From: Somniosus microcephalus | Taxonomy: Eukaryota | Assembly: GCA_052327205.1 (NCBI GenBank) | Contig: CM126218.1 | Span: forward strand, 69,812,001 to 69,876,000 | Length of the DNA stretch: 64,000 nt | Reading direction: 5' to 3' | Part shown: positions 38,191-51,827 of the stretch, piece after piece | How positions within the stretch are numbered: position 1 is the stretch's first letter | Layout: each line of letters begins with the position of its first letter | Program-made: the position numbers and the translations under genes | Notes under the pieces: generated by a model | The model's database searches: none | What the model saw: the letters and a program-made list of their open reading frames with translations, nothing else | Told to the model about the DNA's origin: nothing

Positions 38191-41100
38191 TTAAAAGTTG
38201 GTATAAGTGAGTCTGTCAGGAGGTTTTGCAGTTCTCAGTGATTGGCGCAAAGCCGGTTGGGGTGCCTCTAGAGAAGTGGATTCTGGTTCCTCCGTTGTCC
38301 GGGCCTCCGCAGTGTCTTCCAGGTTAAAGTTGGGTATTGATACCTCTGGGCGTCCTGTCTCTTTGTAGTGTAGGTCTTCATCGGGTAGTCTCCCATCGTT
38401 CTCTCCGCTCCCCGAGGGAGCGAGGTCTTTTATGGAAACAGTGTCCTCGCGCCCGTCAGAGTATTCGATATAGGCGTACTGAGGGTTTGCATGGAGGAGC
38501 TGTACCTTTTCCACAAGGGGGTCCGTTTTATGGCCTCTCACGTGCTTCCGCAATAGTACTGTCCCTGGAGACGTCAGCCACGCGGGTAGAGATATGCCCG
38601 AGGTGGATTTCCGGGGGAAAACGAACATCTTTTCGTGAGGGGTAGCGTTAGTGGCAGTACATAACCGAGACCTTATGGAATGGAGCACGTCTGGGAGGAC
38701 TTCCTGCCAGCGGGAGGTCGGAAGGCCTTTTGACTTTAAGGCTAACGTGACAGCCTTCCAAACAGTAGCATTCTCCCTTTCCACTTGCCCATTACCCTGG
38801 GGTTGTAGCTAGTGGTTCTGCTAGTGGCTATCCCCTTCGAGAGCAAGAACTGGCGCAGCTCGTCACTCATGAATGACGTCCCCCTATCGCTGTGTATGTA
38901 GTTCGGCATGCCAAACATGCAGAATAGATTACAGAGACACTTGATGACCGTGGCACTGGTCATGTCTGGGCAGGGAATGGCGAAGGGGAAGCGGGAATAT
39001 TCATCGATGATATTGAGGAAGTATACGTTACGGTCGGCAGAGGGAAGGCGTCCCTTGAAGTCCAGACTTAGGCGCTCGAATGGCCGTGTGGCTTTGATAA
39101 GGTGTGCACGGTCAGGCCTGTAGAAACGAGGCTTGCATTCCGCACAGATGCGGCAGGCCCTGGTCATTGCCCTAACCTCCTCGATGGAGTGGGGCAGATT
39201 GCGGGACTTTATAAAATGGTATAGTCGTGTGACCCCTGGGTGACAGAGGTCGTTGTGGAGACCCTGTAATTTGTCCGTATGAATGCTGGCACACATTCCC
39301 CGCGATAGGGCGTCTGGGGGTTCATTAAGGGCTCCCGGCCTGTACATAATATCATAGTCGAACGTGGATAGTTCGATCCTCCACCTGAGTATTTTGTCAT
39401 TCTTGATTTTCCCCCTTTGTTATTAAACATGAAAGCCACCGACCGCTGGTCGGTGAGCAGGGTGAAACGTTTGCCGGCTAGGTAGTGTCTCCAGTGCCGC
39501 ACTGCCTCCACTATAGCCTGTGCCTCCTTCTCGACAGAAGAGTGCCTGATTTCAGGTCCCTGAAGGGTTCGGGAGAAGAAGGCCACAGGTCTCCCAGCCT
39601 GATTGAGGGTCGCAGCTAAGGCAAAGTCTGACGCATCGCTTTCGACTTGAAAGGGAATGCATTCGTCCACTGCACACACTGCAGCCCTTTCAATGTCCTG
39701 TTTAATACTGGTGAAAGCCTCCCGAGCTTCAGCTGATAGTGGGAAGGACGTCGATTTAATGAGGGGTCGGGCCTTATCAGAGTAATTGGGCACCCATTGG
39801 GCATAATACGAAAAAAATCCCAGGCACCTTTTTAAAGCTTTGGGATTGTGTGGCAGGGGCAGTTCCTTTAGGGGGCGTAATCGGTCAGGGTCCGGTCCAA
39901 TTACCCCATCTTCCACCACACAGCCGAGGATACAGAGACGGGTTGTGTTGAAGACACAGTTGTCTTCGTTGTAGGTTAGATTCAGCTTTAGGGCAGTTTT
40001 AAAAAATCTCGCAAGATTTAGATCGTGGTCTTGCTGGTTGTGCCCGCAGATAGTGACATTGTCCAGATAGGGGTAGGTAGCTTGTAGTTTATTCTCGTCA
40101 ACCATGCGGTCCATCTCACGTTGGAAGACCGAGACCCCATTTGTTACCCCGAAGGACACTCTGAGAAAATGGTAGAGGCGCCCGTTCGCCTCGAAGGCGG
40201 TGTATGGGCGGTCCTCCGTTCTAATGGGGAGCTGGTGATACGTGGATTTGAGGTCGATAGTCGAGAAGACTCGGTATTGCGCAATCTGGTTGACCATTTC
40301 TGATATGCGGGGTAAAGGGTAGGCGTCCAGCTGGGTATAAATATTAACAGTCTGGCTGTAGTCAATTACCATCCGTTTCTTTTCGCTATTTTTAACTATG
40401 ACTACTTGGGCACGCCACGGGCTGGTACTGCATTCAATAATGCCTTCCCGCAGGAGTCTGTCCACTTCCGCCTTGATAAAGTGTCTATCTTCCAGACTGT
40501 ACTGTCTACTTTTGGTCGCTATGGGCCTACAGTTCGGAGCGAGATTAGCGAATAAAGAGGGCGGGCTGATTTTTAAGGTTGATAGGCCACAGACTGTGAG
40601 TGGCGGCTGGGACCCGCCATATGCTAGCGTGACACTTTCGTGGTGGCACTGGAAGTCCAGGCCCAAGATTACATTAACACAGAGTTCTGGCATCACGAGG
40701 AGTTTAAAATCCTTGTAGTCCGTGCCTTTTACAGTCAGTGTTACCACACAGTAGCCCAAAATGTCCGAAGCGTGGGGCTTAGCAGCCATAGCAATTCTGC
40801 TCCGTGTAGGGGTTACCGTTAATGAGTGCCGCCGTACCAGGCTAGGGTGGATAAAACTCTCGGTACTCCCAGTCAATTAAACATTTCATTAAATTCCCGT
40901 TTACCTGTATGTCCATCATGGATTTTGTCAACGGGTGTGGCCTGGATTGATCCACCGTGATCGAAGCCACTGTTGGGCCCTGGGCGGCCGTTGAGTCGGG
41001 AAAAGACGGCGGATCCCAAGATGGCGGCCCGCACGGCACGCACGAGGCGGTGACGGAGTTGGAAATCGGATTCCCCCTGCAGACTTTGCTAAAATGCCCC

Positions 41101-41873
41101 TTTTTCTTACATTTGAAGCATGTAGCGTCCTTCGCTGGGCATCGTTGTCTGGGGTGCTTGGCCTGGCCGCAGAAGTAGCATTTTGGGCCTTGAGACATTG
41201 CCGCTGTAGTAGGACTCCTGGGTGAACTTCTGTGTGGGGACTCCGGCGGCGTAGAGCTGGTCTGAGACCTGGATGGGGAAGATGGCTGATTCCAAGATGG
41301 CGGCCCCCTCGGCGTGCACGAGGCGGTGAGGGCCGCATGGCCGGAAGAATAAGAGTCAGAGTTTTTCTGGGCCACGTCCAGCGATCGCGCAGTGGCCACT
41401 GCCTTTTTTAAGTCCAGGACCACCTCCTCCAGCAGTCTCTGCCGGATATAATTCGATTTGAGGCCCGTGATGAAGGAATCGCGGACCAATTCGTCAGAGT
41501 ACGCGTTGGCCGTCACGGCCTTGCAGTTACAGTCCCGGACCAGGTCCTTTAGGCCCTGTAAGAAATCGTCCATTGATTCCTCTGGTCGCTGCCTGCGTGT
41601 AGCCAGCAGATGTCTGGCGTACACTTCGTTTACCGGCCTCTGGTATTGGGCCTTCAGGATAGTGATGGCCTCCGTGTAAGAGGTGGCGTCCCGGATGAAC
41701 GAATAAATCTGATGACTTACGCGAGTAGTCAGCAGACTCAGTTTATCTACCTCGCTAGCGGATGAGGCCCCCGCGAAGAGTTCGAAGCATTTGAGCCAGT
41801 GTCCCAATTGATTTGATGCTTCAGCAGAATGTGGATCCAAGTCCAGACGCTCTGGTTTTTGGAGTCGATCCAT
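38191..41873 (-). pseudogene. gag-pol of the Gypsy element, broken by three frameshifts
   Basis: Gag with two Zn knuckles (CYFCGQAKHPRQRC, CFKCKKKGHFSKVC); protease LID/TGS split near 40870; RT (IDLKS, YLDN); RNase H (ESDASD); frameshift near 39410; integrase HHCC and D,D,E with a frameshift near 38795; no chromodomain visible. Confidence 0.93.
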
Positions 41874-41898
41874 CCTAGTATTCTTTAGTGATTAAAAT

Positions 41899-42185
41899 TG
41901 ATGGGCCTTCAATAACCACAAAACTAGAAGTTATAGACTTAAACAAGTTGGCTTTTAATCACTAAGATCAGAGCTAACATCTCAACACGCCGACTGGTTC
42001 ACAGGAATGAGTCATACAGATCCTGGGATCTTTATGTAAGAGAAGTCAGGGGCGGAGCCAAGAGCCAAGACCTGGAACCTCCCAGGTTAGTCGGGAAAGA
42101 GGAAGTGAAACTATACACAGTGGGGGAGGGTAATATACATGAGTGCAAAACGAATACAGGATCAAGACAAACAGATTTCATTACA
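41899..42185 (-). repeat. 5' LTR (287 bp)
   Basis: Differs from the other LTR by one substitution and one 2-bp indel. Element-sense GC box, CATAAA, Inr-like TCATTCC and ATTAAA. Confidence 0.95.
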
Positions 42186-42473
42186 GGCTAAATGGCCTTT
42201 ACTCCAATCTGTTGAGACTCATTTGAAATGGTTGTAAATGAGTTTTCTTCTGGGTAGAGCAAGGTGCTGAAGGATGCTTTGCAGAGGCAGACTGTGTGGG
42301 GTTATGTGAAGTAATCGTGTTTATTTGGGGAGGAAGGGATATAAACTTTACAACATGAGGTGGTACGTATGCTGAGCCTGAGGTTTAAATCTACCTGTTT
42401 TAACTGAGTAGTTGCGAGTGAGCAGCGTCTGGTGTCCCGCTCCCTTTTTCGTGATCTCTCTGCCTTGTTTTAA

Positions 42474-42608
<135 letters not shown>

Positions 42609-43974
42609 TAAAATCACAGTTGGCGTATCTAAATGATTGTTTTCCCCATTCTGTTCAATACTTTTTACACACCCTCAGTACTCCACTGGAGTGCCGGCCT
42701 AGATTTTTGTGTTCAAGTCTCTGGAGTGGGACTTTAACCCACAAACTTCTGACTCCGAGGCGAGGGTGCTACCAACTGAGCCACAGCTGACACTAAAATA
42801 TCGGTAAAGTTTAGGAGTGGTACACAAAGGGCCATAATTTGTTGGAGTGAATCTAGCGGTGTCTGCCGTTAGTTAGACTTGCTTTTTCCTGTTTAATCTC
42901 GACGGTACTTTGTGTCGCAAGTTGCTGGAAGTGCGAGCTGAAAAACTTGCAGCGAAGGAAACCAGGTATCTGGGACCCGAGTGAACAGGACAAGCAACTG
43001 TGTACCTCCTTACCGATTCAGATTGAAGAATTGTGAAACAAACAGCGCAAGGACTGAGAATGAAGAGTAAATTAGAGTGGGTGAATTCAATGTCAAATCA
43101 GGTAGAAAAAGAGAAATAAAGTTAGAAGGAAGGAAAGATTGTATTACGAGAGAGAGAAAATAGACAGAAAGGAAAAGTAAAAAAAAAAGTTTTAATTTTA
43201 AATTTCACATTTTTAAAATATCCAACAACAATTAAAACCCGAGAGAATGAGACACCACACTTAATTTTCAGTGCCAAAGTGGTTCATTGGCAGTAATTAA
43301 CAATTAGCACATCCATAAAAGAATCTCGACAGCAAATCCAGACTTAATTAAATATGTGCCGACCTTAAATGTCAATCACATTCAGTATTGTGTCCGCCTC
43401 AACACTGAGCCAACGCTAGCTGCGGATAAAATAAGAGTGCTGCACTCTAAGCAGGCAGCGTTTTTGGACACCTTGCGAGACTGAAGAGCCAACCTACTGG
43501 GATGTAATTTTCTGGTTAAGTTGAATACAGGGTGCTGAAAAATAAAAATCTGATTTTTTAAAAAACAGATCCTTCAACCGTCTCAGCCTTACTCTTTGGA
43601 ACTATCCCCATTAACCTTGCTACTTATCTCCCAGCCTTTAAAAACATCCTCAAAACCTACTGCTTGCCATCCGTTCCTGCTTTGTGAAGCGCCTTGTGAT
43701 GTTTTCTCCATTAAAGGTGCTGCATAAATGCATGTTGTTGATGTACATGAACATAATGAGACATGGTCTTGTTGCCTTATAGTCAAAAAAAGATGCTGTA
43801 ACTGACAGCCTCCTGATGTTCGAGGTGAACCTTTCAGTAGCCCACTCATGTATCAGTTCAAGAAAAAATTCTTCAGTAGGTCCACTTTCAAACTTAATAA
43901 AGTGCAAAAAAGAATGATCCGCTGAATTTAAATTGGTCAGGCACTGAGTATATTTCTGTGCTGGAAAACGTTAA

Positions 43975-45150
43975 ATCTGCAAATGTAACGCCGCTATTCA
44001 AGAAAGGAGAGAGAGAGAAAATGGGGAACATCAGTCATTGGGAAAATGCTAGAATCCATTGTTAAGGAAATGGTATCAGGGCACTTAGAAAATCGTAACA
44101 TGATTAGGCAGAGTCAACATGGTTTTATGAAAGGGAAATCGTGTTTGACAAATTTATTGGAGGTTTTTGAGGATGTAACTAGCAGGGTAGATAAAGGGGA
44201 ACCAGTGGATGTAGTATATTTGGATTTCCAAAAGACATTCGATAAGGTGCCACATAAAAGGTTATTACACAAGATAAGGGCTCATGGGGTTGGGGGTAAT
44301 ACAGTAGCATGGATAGAGGATTGGTTAATGTACAGAAAACCGTAAGGATAAACGGGTCTATTTCAGGTTGGCAGGCTGTAACTAGTGGGGTGCCTCAGCT
44401 ATTTACAATCTATGTTAATATCCTAGACGAAGGGACCAAGTGTAATGTATCTAAGTTTGCTGACAATACAAAGCTAGGTGGGACAGTAAGCTGTGAGAAG
44501 AACAGAGTCTGCAAAGGGATATAGATAGACTAAGTGGCAGTGAGGTGGCAGATGGAGTATAATATAGGGAAATGTGAGGTTATTCACTTTGGTAGGAAGA
44601 ATCGAAAAACAGAATGTTTTTTAAATGTTGGTGTTCAGAGAGATTTGGGTGTCCTCGTGCAAGAAACACAGAAAGCTAGCATGCAGGTACAGCAAGCAAT
44701 AAGGAAGGCAAATGGCATGTTGGCCTTTATTGCAAGGGTGTTGGAGTATAGTAAGGAAGCCTTGCTACAATTGTACAGGGCTTTGGTGAGACCACACCTG
44801 GAGTACTGTGCACAGTTTTGGTCTCCTTATCTAAGGAAGGATATATTTGCCTTGGAGGCGGTGCAACAAAGGTTCACTAGATTGATTCCTGGGGTGAGAG
44901 GGCTGTCCTATGATGAGAGATTGTGTAGAATGGGCCTGTACTCTCTGGAGTTTAGAAGAATGAGAGGTGATCTCATTGAAACATACAAGATTCTGAAGGG
45001 GATTGACAGGGTAGATGCTGAGAGGTTGTTTCCCCTGGCTGGAGTGTCTAGAACTAGGGGGCATAGTCTCAGGATAAGGGATAGGCCATTTAAGATCAAA
45101 ATGAGGAGGAATTTCTTCACTGAGGATTGTGAATCTTTGGAATTCTCTGC
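43975..45150 (+). mobile_element. CR1 LINE RT fragment (decayed)
   Basis: QHGFMKGKSCLTNL, YLDFQKTFDKVPH, KFADNTKL, VRPHLEYCAQFWSP across frameshifts. Confidence 0.92.
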
Positions 45151-46016
45151 CCCAGAAGTCTTGAACCCCCCCCCCCCCCACCACCAGATCCTGATTGTTA
45201 ATACAGCTTGTAGTTTCAGTGTAGAGAGATAGTTCTGCTAGTAATAAAATTGGGAGCTGTTTGATGCAGGACTGAGCTGGGATCAGTGTAAACTCTGGAG
45301 TCAGGCTTACCTGCTGGAGACGCAGTACCCAACAGAAACTATTAACAGTGGTAGGGAGCTCTATCCTACAGATCGCTTGGCCATAGTCTACTCTGAGCAA
45401 GTGATTGGATGTGACTAGCTGCCATGATAGTTATGTGGCAAGTTTTATGTTGCAGCCTTTATGTTTACCATGGTGTTTCAAGTAACCTGCTTGTCATGTG
45501 CTCTGTAGCCTGGCAAATTGTTTGACAATAATGACAAATATAGCTAAAATATTCTGTTATGGTACTTGCTTCTGACAAAGAAGTCTGAATAGAATCAACG
45601 TATCTATGCTAAGAATCCCCAAAATAACTTGAATATGGGACAGATTACACAGCTATAATTGTGGGTTTCAGATGTTGATTACAGACCATTCGAGCTTCAC
45701 TCCTGAGTTCATAACGTCATCTGAACCCATCTAAGATTATTGCCTAGTAATCAATCTCGAGTATCCTTCAAAACACTGATTCCTTCAATTACATTCCAGC
45801 CTTCGGCTTGCTCCTGGGTATTCCTTTTCTGTAGATTCCAGCCTGTAATGCATTCCTGGGTATCCATTGTTCTGTGTTTAAATTTTGATCCTACAAGGAA
45901 ATATTGTTGGTAAATGTCCTTATTAATGTGTGGCCCTTGTCCCAATTTAAAGAATTGAATAATTATAACCGAAAAGGGTATTTGGATTAGTTCTTTCATC
46001 CAGTAACTGAAAGTGA

Positions 46017-46196
<180 letters not shown>

Positions 46197-47101
46197 TGAA
46201 GAACTGCTCTGTAATGTAATCTTTCAAAGTTTGATCAGTTTGCATATATAAATTAGAAAAATGCTTTTCAAAAGCAGAGTATTGCTGTCATTAAATTCAT
46301 TGTTAAATATTTAGACTTTTATTTTTTGTGTGTATGGCTGCTGATTCCAGTTAAAAATGTAAAATATTTCCTTTGGGTTTGAGACGCAATGTGTTTGATC
46401 AATAATTTACACAGTGGGACATAACTGAAGGTTCCTGTGCCTGTCTACCAGCCTATCCTTCATACTTTTGACACTGGCCACCGTTTTCAGCTATTCCTTT
46501 CAGGCAATCTAGAAGAAACTCGCTGATGCTGTGAAAATATTTAAATTGCCACTATCGGTGTTCAGGGTGTTTTTTTTTTGTGTTTTTTTTTAAGTGTAAA
46601 CACTTGATTTGGATAGGGAATTGGAAAGAAATGGCACATTGTCACAAGGACTGAAAGATGCAAAGGATATAGAAATGTTAGCATGATGGGAAGATAGGGA
46701 ATTCAATGTAGGGAAATGTGAATTGGAAGTAAGAATACTGGAAGAAATATACCTCAACTAGCAAGATTTTAGAGGAGCAGAAGGACCTTGGTGTGCAGAT
46801 ACACCGGTGGTAGCAGAAGTAGATAAAGCCATAAAAAGGCAAACTAAATCTTTGGTATTGTATCTACAGGCATATGATACTGGCAGTGCAGATATTGTTC
46901 TCCCTTTATCCTTTTTTGGAAGGGTGGAGATGGTATCTGGAGCATCTTTATAGAACCTCCCCTGAGGAGATTACACAGGTTAGGTAGAGTTCATAGTGGA
47001 TGGATTATACAAGCCCGTGGAATGAATGGGTTCTGGGGGTGGGTGAGGGTAAGGGGATGGGAGGGGAATGGCTTCTTCTTTGCTTTTCTTCTTAAACTTG
47101 A

Positions 47102-47338
<237 letters not shown>

Positions 47339-48876
47339 TGAGAGTTACTCTAATATACAAACTGCTTAGCTAAACTTCCTTGTCCTTGATTTATTGATCC
47401 TACTATAGTTCTCTTGTTCCTCCTAACATTGAAATGTGTCATTCTACACGCTCTTCCTCCTCCCTGAATCCTCATTGTGTTGGAATTGAGACTCATCGCG
47501 CCATCTCCTTTTCTAGCTAATTATGGAACATTATTCCTTCTTCCTACAAGCCTTTAAAGTCCAAGCTTGACGGGCAGATTCCACCACTTTCTGGGCAGTG
47601 ACATTTGGTGGGGCTTTGCCAGAAGAGCAAATTACTCTGTCCATTCTGGGTGTGCCCCCATGCCCCCCGACTTTCTATCATCTGAGCAGCAGTCCGAGAT
47701 GCCCCAGAGAGCATGACTGTCCTCTCAATCTCTGCAGACACCCCACCCCTCAACCCCCCCAAATAAACCACGCTTGCTAGCATAACTGTTATTGATAGCT
47801 TTATTTCCCTACTGTGGAGAAGCACAGCCCTTACCACAACAAACGTGGGCAAAGCCATATGCCAATTGGAGCAGATAATGCTTGGATTCTAGCGTGTACG
47901 AGATGTACCTGGCAGTCTGAGCCATTTTCTGGCAGCTCTCGTACACACCCAGACCACCGCCCAAAGTGGGACAACAAACAAACAACTGCCTCCCACTACC
48001 CCTCACAAAGAGCAGTGACCCTACCTTGCAGGCATACAGGCCACTTGATATTCCCCTGATTCAGCCAAGCCCTAGAACTGCCAACAAATTATCCCAGCTC
48101 TGAAACAATATGTCATTTCCAGTGTGTGTACAACCACACCTGTAACCCTAAGTTTGCCAGTGAATTCTCCTCTGTCTTGTGTGATACAGCTGTACAGTGA
48201 CTTTACAAAGTCACTTCCAGAGCCTTTGCCCCCAGGCCACTGGGGAATCAACGTTTGCGTTTTTATAATTCTATAAATAGTTGCATGTTTTGGATATTAA
48301 TGCTTTCAAAGTATATTTTTGACTGGTTTTGATGAGCTGATTTGACATAGACCGTGAGCACAAATTCCAGAATATAATTGGAATTAACGTGTGGCACAAT
48401 ATACCTTCTCAACGTAAAGGGACTCTTGCAGAATTGCCAAATAAGTGGAGGTGGTTGATATGCAAGCGTCTCAATCTGATTTAGTCTGACTAAAAATGAA
48501 GTTTCTGCTTCCATGTTTGGGTGGAAGGTCCTTCAGAACACGTCACTCATGCCTCAAGTTTTCAGGTTTTTATTGGGTTTCATCGTACTACCTGATTCAC
48601 CTTTTTCTGTCTGTTGTGTTAGCTAATTCCATTGTAGCTCTCTGGCAGTTTTCTGGTCCTACAATTGAACCAGATATCTAGATGTTGAATTAAAAACCTT
48701 TGTCCAAGTTAGAATGCTAATGTAGTGGAAGACTATAGCAGATAACTGAATCGGGCAGCATTACTGCACCTTGGATGAAAGTGGGAGTGACGAGAGGCAG
48801 TCTGTTGAAAGTTATAGATCAGAATAAAGCAGAAACGTGATCCTTTTTATAATCTTTAGTGTGAGTTTTCTGTTAG

Positions 48877-49116
<240 letters not shown>

Positions 49117-49185
49117 TGACCTCAAACCAGCTTTACATTAAGATAAACAGAAATGTTTGTTAAATCCATTTGATAATGAAATAAT

Positions 49186-49941
49186 GGCCCAGAAATTCGG
49201 GTCGTAGGCTTCCCGCGGGTGCAAGCCTCCGACCTGCACTTGCCTAGCACGCCGGCCGTTGAGCGGTGGGCCCACGTGGAATTCCGATCCTGGGCCTCCT
49301 CCAACTGCCGGCGCGCAGTGCTTGCGTATCCCAGGGGCGTAGTTAGTTCGAAGCGTCCCCTGGGATCACGTGGACCATGGGGAGCCAATGGTAGCAGGGA
49401 ATGCTTCATTCATAAGTTTGACAGGAAGAGCTGTCAAACCTATAAATACTATAAGCCCCAAAACATCACTAAAACTTCAAATAATTTTTTTTTAATCACA
49501 TTTTAAAAATAACTATAAATTACATGAAATTATTTTAAACAATAATTAAAATTTTTGTAAAAATGAATTACATTTTCTAACGGGGCTAAAAATAAACTTA
49601 CCTTTCTTTAAAGTATTTAAAAATAATAAACCTGTGGGGAAAAATGTTTTAATTTTAATTAATTCGCCACTTACCTTGTTAAAAGCAGGCCTTGCACTTG
49701 CTTTTTAAAAGTGTAACTGCTGGAGACTTACCCTCCTGGAGAAAGCTGCAAAAAAAACATAAGTTCAATGTGCACGCGCTGCCTTTCCTGCGCACACGTT
49801 CAACTTCTGAACCCCTTTCAAGGGAACGGAAGTGCCGGTTTCCCGCGCATGCGCAGTGCATGCACGAAACCGGCACTTTCGTTGGGCCTACGCATGAGTA
49901 CCCCGTGCGTACTCGCGCGTTGGGACCCGAATTTCTGGGCC
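49186..49941. mobile_element. MITE copy 2 with perfect 18-bp TIR and 3-bp TSD AAT
   Basis: aat|ggcccagaaattcgggtc ... gacccgaatttctgggcc|aat. Confidence 0.9.
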
Positions 49942-50452
49942 AATGATCCAATAAATGGCAGCGCATATATCTAGAGATTTTAATGTGTGTTCTCAAGTCC
50001 TCACCCTGACCAAAAGTAATGATATTGAAAACTAACCATTCAGCCTCACAGTGGTAGGAAGCTAATTTGTGCCTCTGTTCTCTGCTGTACTTGTATGGGA
50101 AGAGCCCAAGTGGTTTCCCATAGGGAGAGAAAGCTTTAGGGAGAGCTGTGCTGGTGCATCTCCTGCTGCTTGGTGGAGGTCTGGTAGTGTGTCTCTGTTT
50201 TTAAAAATCTTTATTGATAAAAATACATGGAGTGGGAGGGGGGCAGGGGGAGATGAATAAAAATGGTAGTAAAAGTGAAGTTGTGAAAAGTTACTTCGTC
50301 AATGACTGACCTTTCTTTAGAAAGTCTGAATCCCTGCAGTTTGAAGGCAGGTGGCTTCTCTCCAGTTTTTAACCTGTTGAATGGATAAAGTTAGAAATAT
50401 AGTTAGTTTCTAGAGAGCATACTAGATCCTTCATTTGACCCCAGTATATATT

Positions 50453-50778
50453 CAGGAAACTTTTTTTTATACGGGACCGACGTGGTGCCGGTTCATCAAA
50501 AATTCTGGATAACCGAAAGCTATAGTAAAAGATACGGAGAGCTGACCGCTCCGTATAAAGCAACAAACCCTGTTGCTTAGCAACAAGTGCAGAACAATGG
50601 CCACAAGTTCCAAGCGTCTCTGTAGCTTAGCAACTGCTGCAGCCACACCCTTGCACAGCAACAGATCGAGGAAGGCAAGTACAAATATGAAGTAAAACTT
50701 ACCTGAACCTACTCCTGAATTTTGCCGGTTAACCGAGATTTCCGGTTATTTAGGTGCCGGTAAATTGAAAGTTTCCTG
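50453..50778. mobile_element. Tc1/pogo (Tigger)-like MITE
   Basis: TIR caggaaacttt ... aaagtttcctg, extending imperfectly to about 26 bp; repeated ccggtt motifs; TA TSD not preserved. Confidence 0.6.
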
Positions 50779-51558
50779 TTGATGGTGTGAGGTGCACCAT
50801 TAATGTTGGGTTTTCTGGAGATGACGTTATTTCCCTGAGCACGTGCATTGAACACATTTCTCCATCTCTGTGTCTCTGACTGATATTGCTCTCTGCCGGG
50901 CGGACGAGCAACACTGGCTGCTCATCGGGTTCGACGAGAGTTTTTGAAGAGGATCTAGGTGTGGAGAGGTGTGATACTTCTCTGCTCCTCTAACTCTTCC
51001 CCCATTCCACCCCTTCCCCCATATGGCGAGGTCTGGAGGGAGCTACAGAGTTGGGCACTCGGTCCTTTCTGCTGGAAGAGAGCAAAAATTTGAAGTAGTT
51101 GTCAATTTTAGAGCAGCACCAGCAGAGACTTTGGGTCAGATCATCTTCCACTGCTTCGGGGAAAGAGGAAAAAAATAAATTATTCAACCACGTGTTATAA
51201 ATCTCATCATTATAAAGAACTACTCGTGAAATAACGCTGGACGACCAGCTGGTGGCGCCGTCCAAGGAGTATAAATACTCGGACGTGGGCCCAGCTTACC
51301 AGGGATATTTTGTAAGACAGGAACTAGTGAAGTACAACTAGACCTCCATGTTCTAAAACAAGTTGATTAAAGCCTTGCTTTATACTCAAACCAAGTGCGT
51401 AGTGAGTTTTATTACGTCAAGGTGTATGCTTAAAAAGTCTTTATTCAAGAACTTAATTGTGGGTTTCCTAATTGGTTTGTCTTTGAGAAACATGGATATC
51501 GTAACAGTGAACGACTACAATACATTTCTGCTCAGTGTTTTGTTATTTTGAGAACTAA

Positions 51559-51717
<159 letters not shown>

Positions 51718-51827
51718 TAAACTATTGAGACCCCTGAATTGTCACTGTGAACCTCTTTAACCAGAGTTTACCTTCCAGCCTCAAACCAGCATTCTTTTCC
51801 TTTTGAGTAACCTATAGCTTGTACCGT

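Larger units (their letters stand above)
37865..42185 (-). mobile_element. Full-length Ty3/Gypsy LTR retrotransposon, antisense in intron 4
   Basis: TG...CA LTRs at 37865-38149 and 41899-42185; 5-bp TSD GGCTA (37860-37864, 42186-42190); PPT GCAGGGGTGAA next to the 3' LTR; order gag-PR-RT-RH-IN. Confidence 0.97.

Noticed and set aside
40860-40880. Programmed gag-pol frameshift
   Set aside because: The break falls inside the protease D-T-G active site and is explained by loss of one AC from GAC ACT GGG; it looks like a lesion or assembly error.
42830-43330. Possible old DNA-transposon remnant
   Set aside because: Looks repeat-like, but I could not find matching termini or a TSD.
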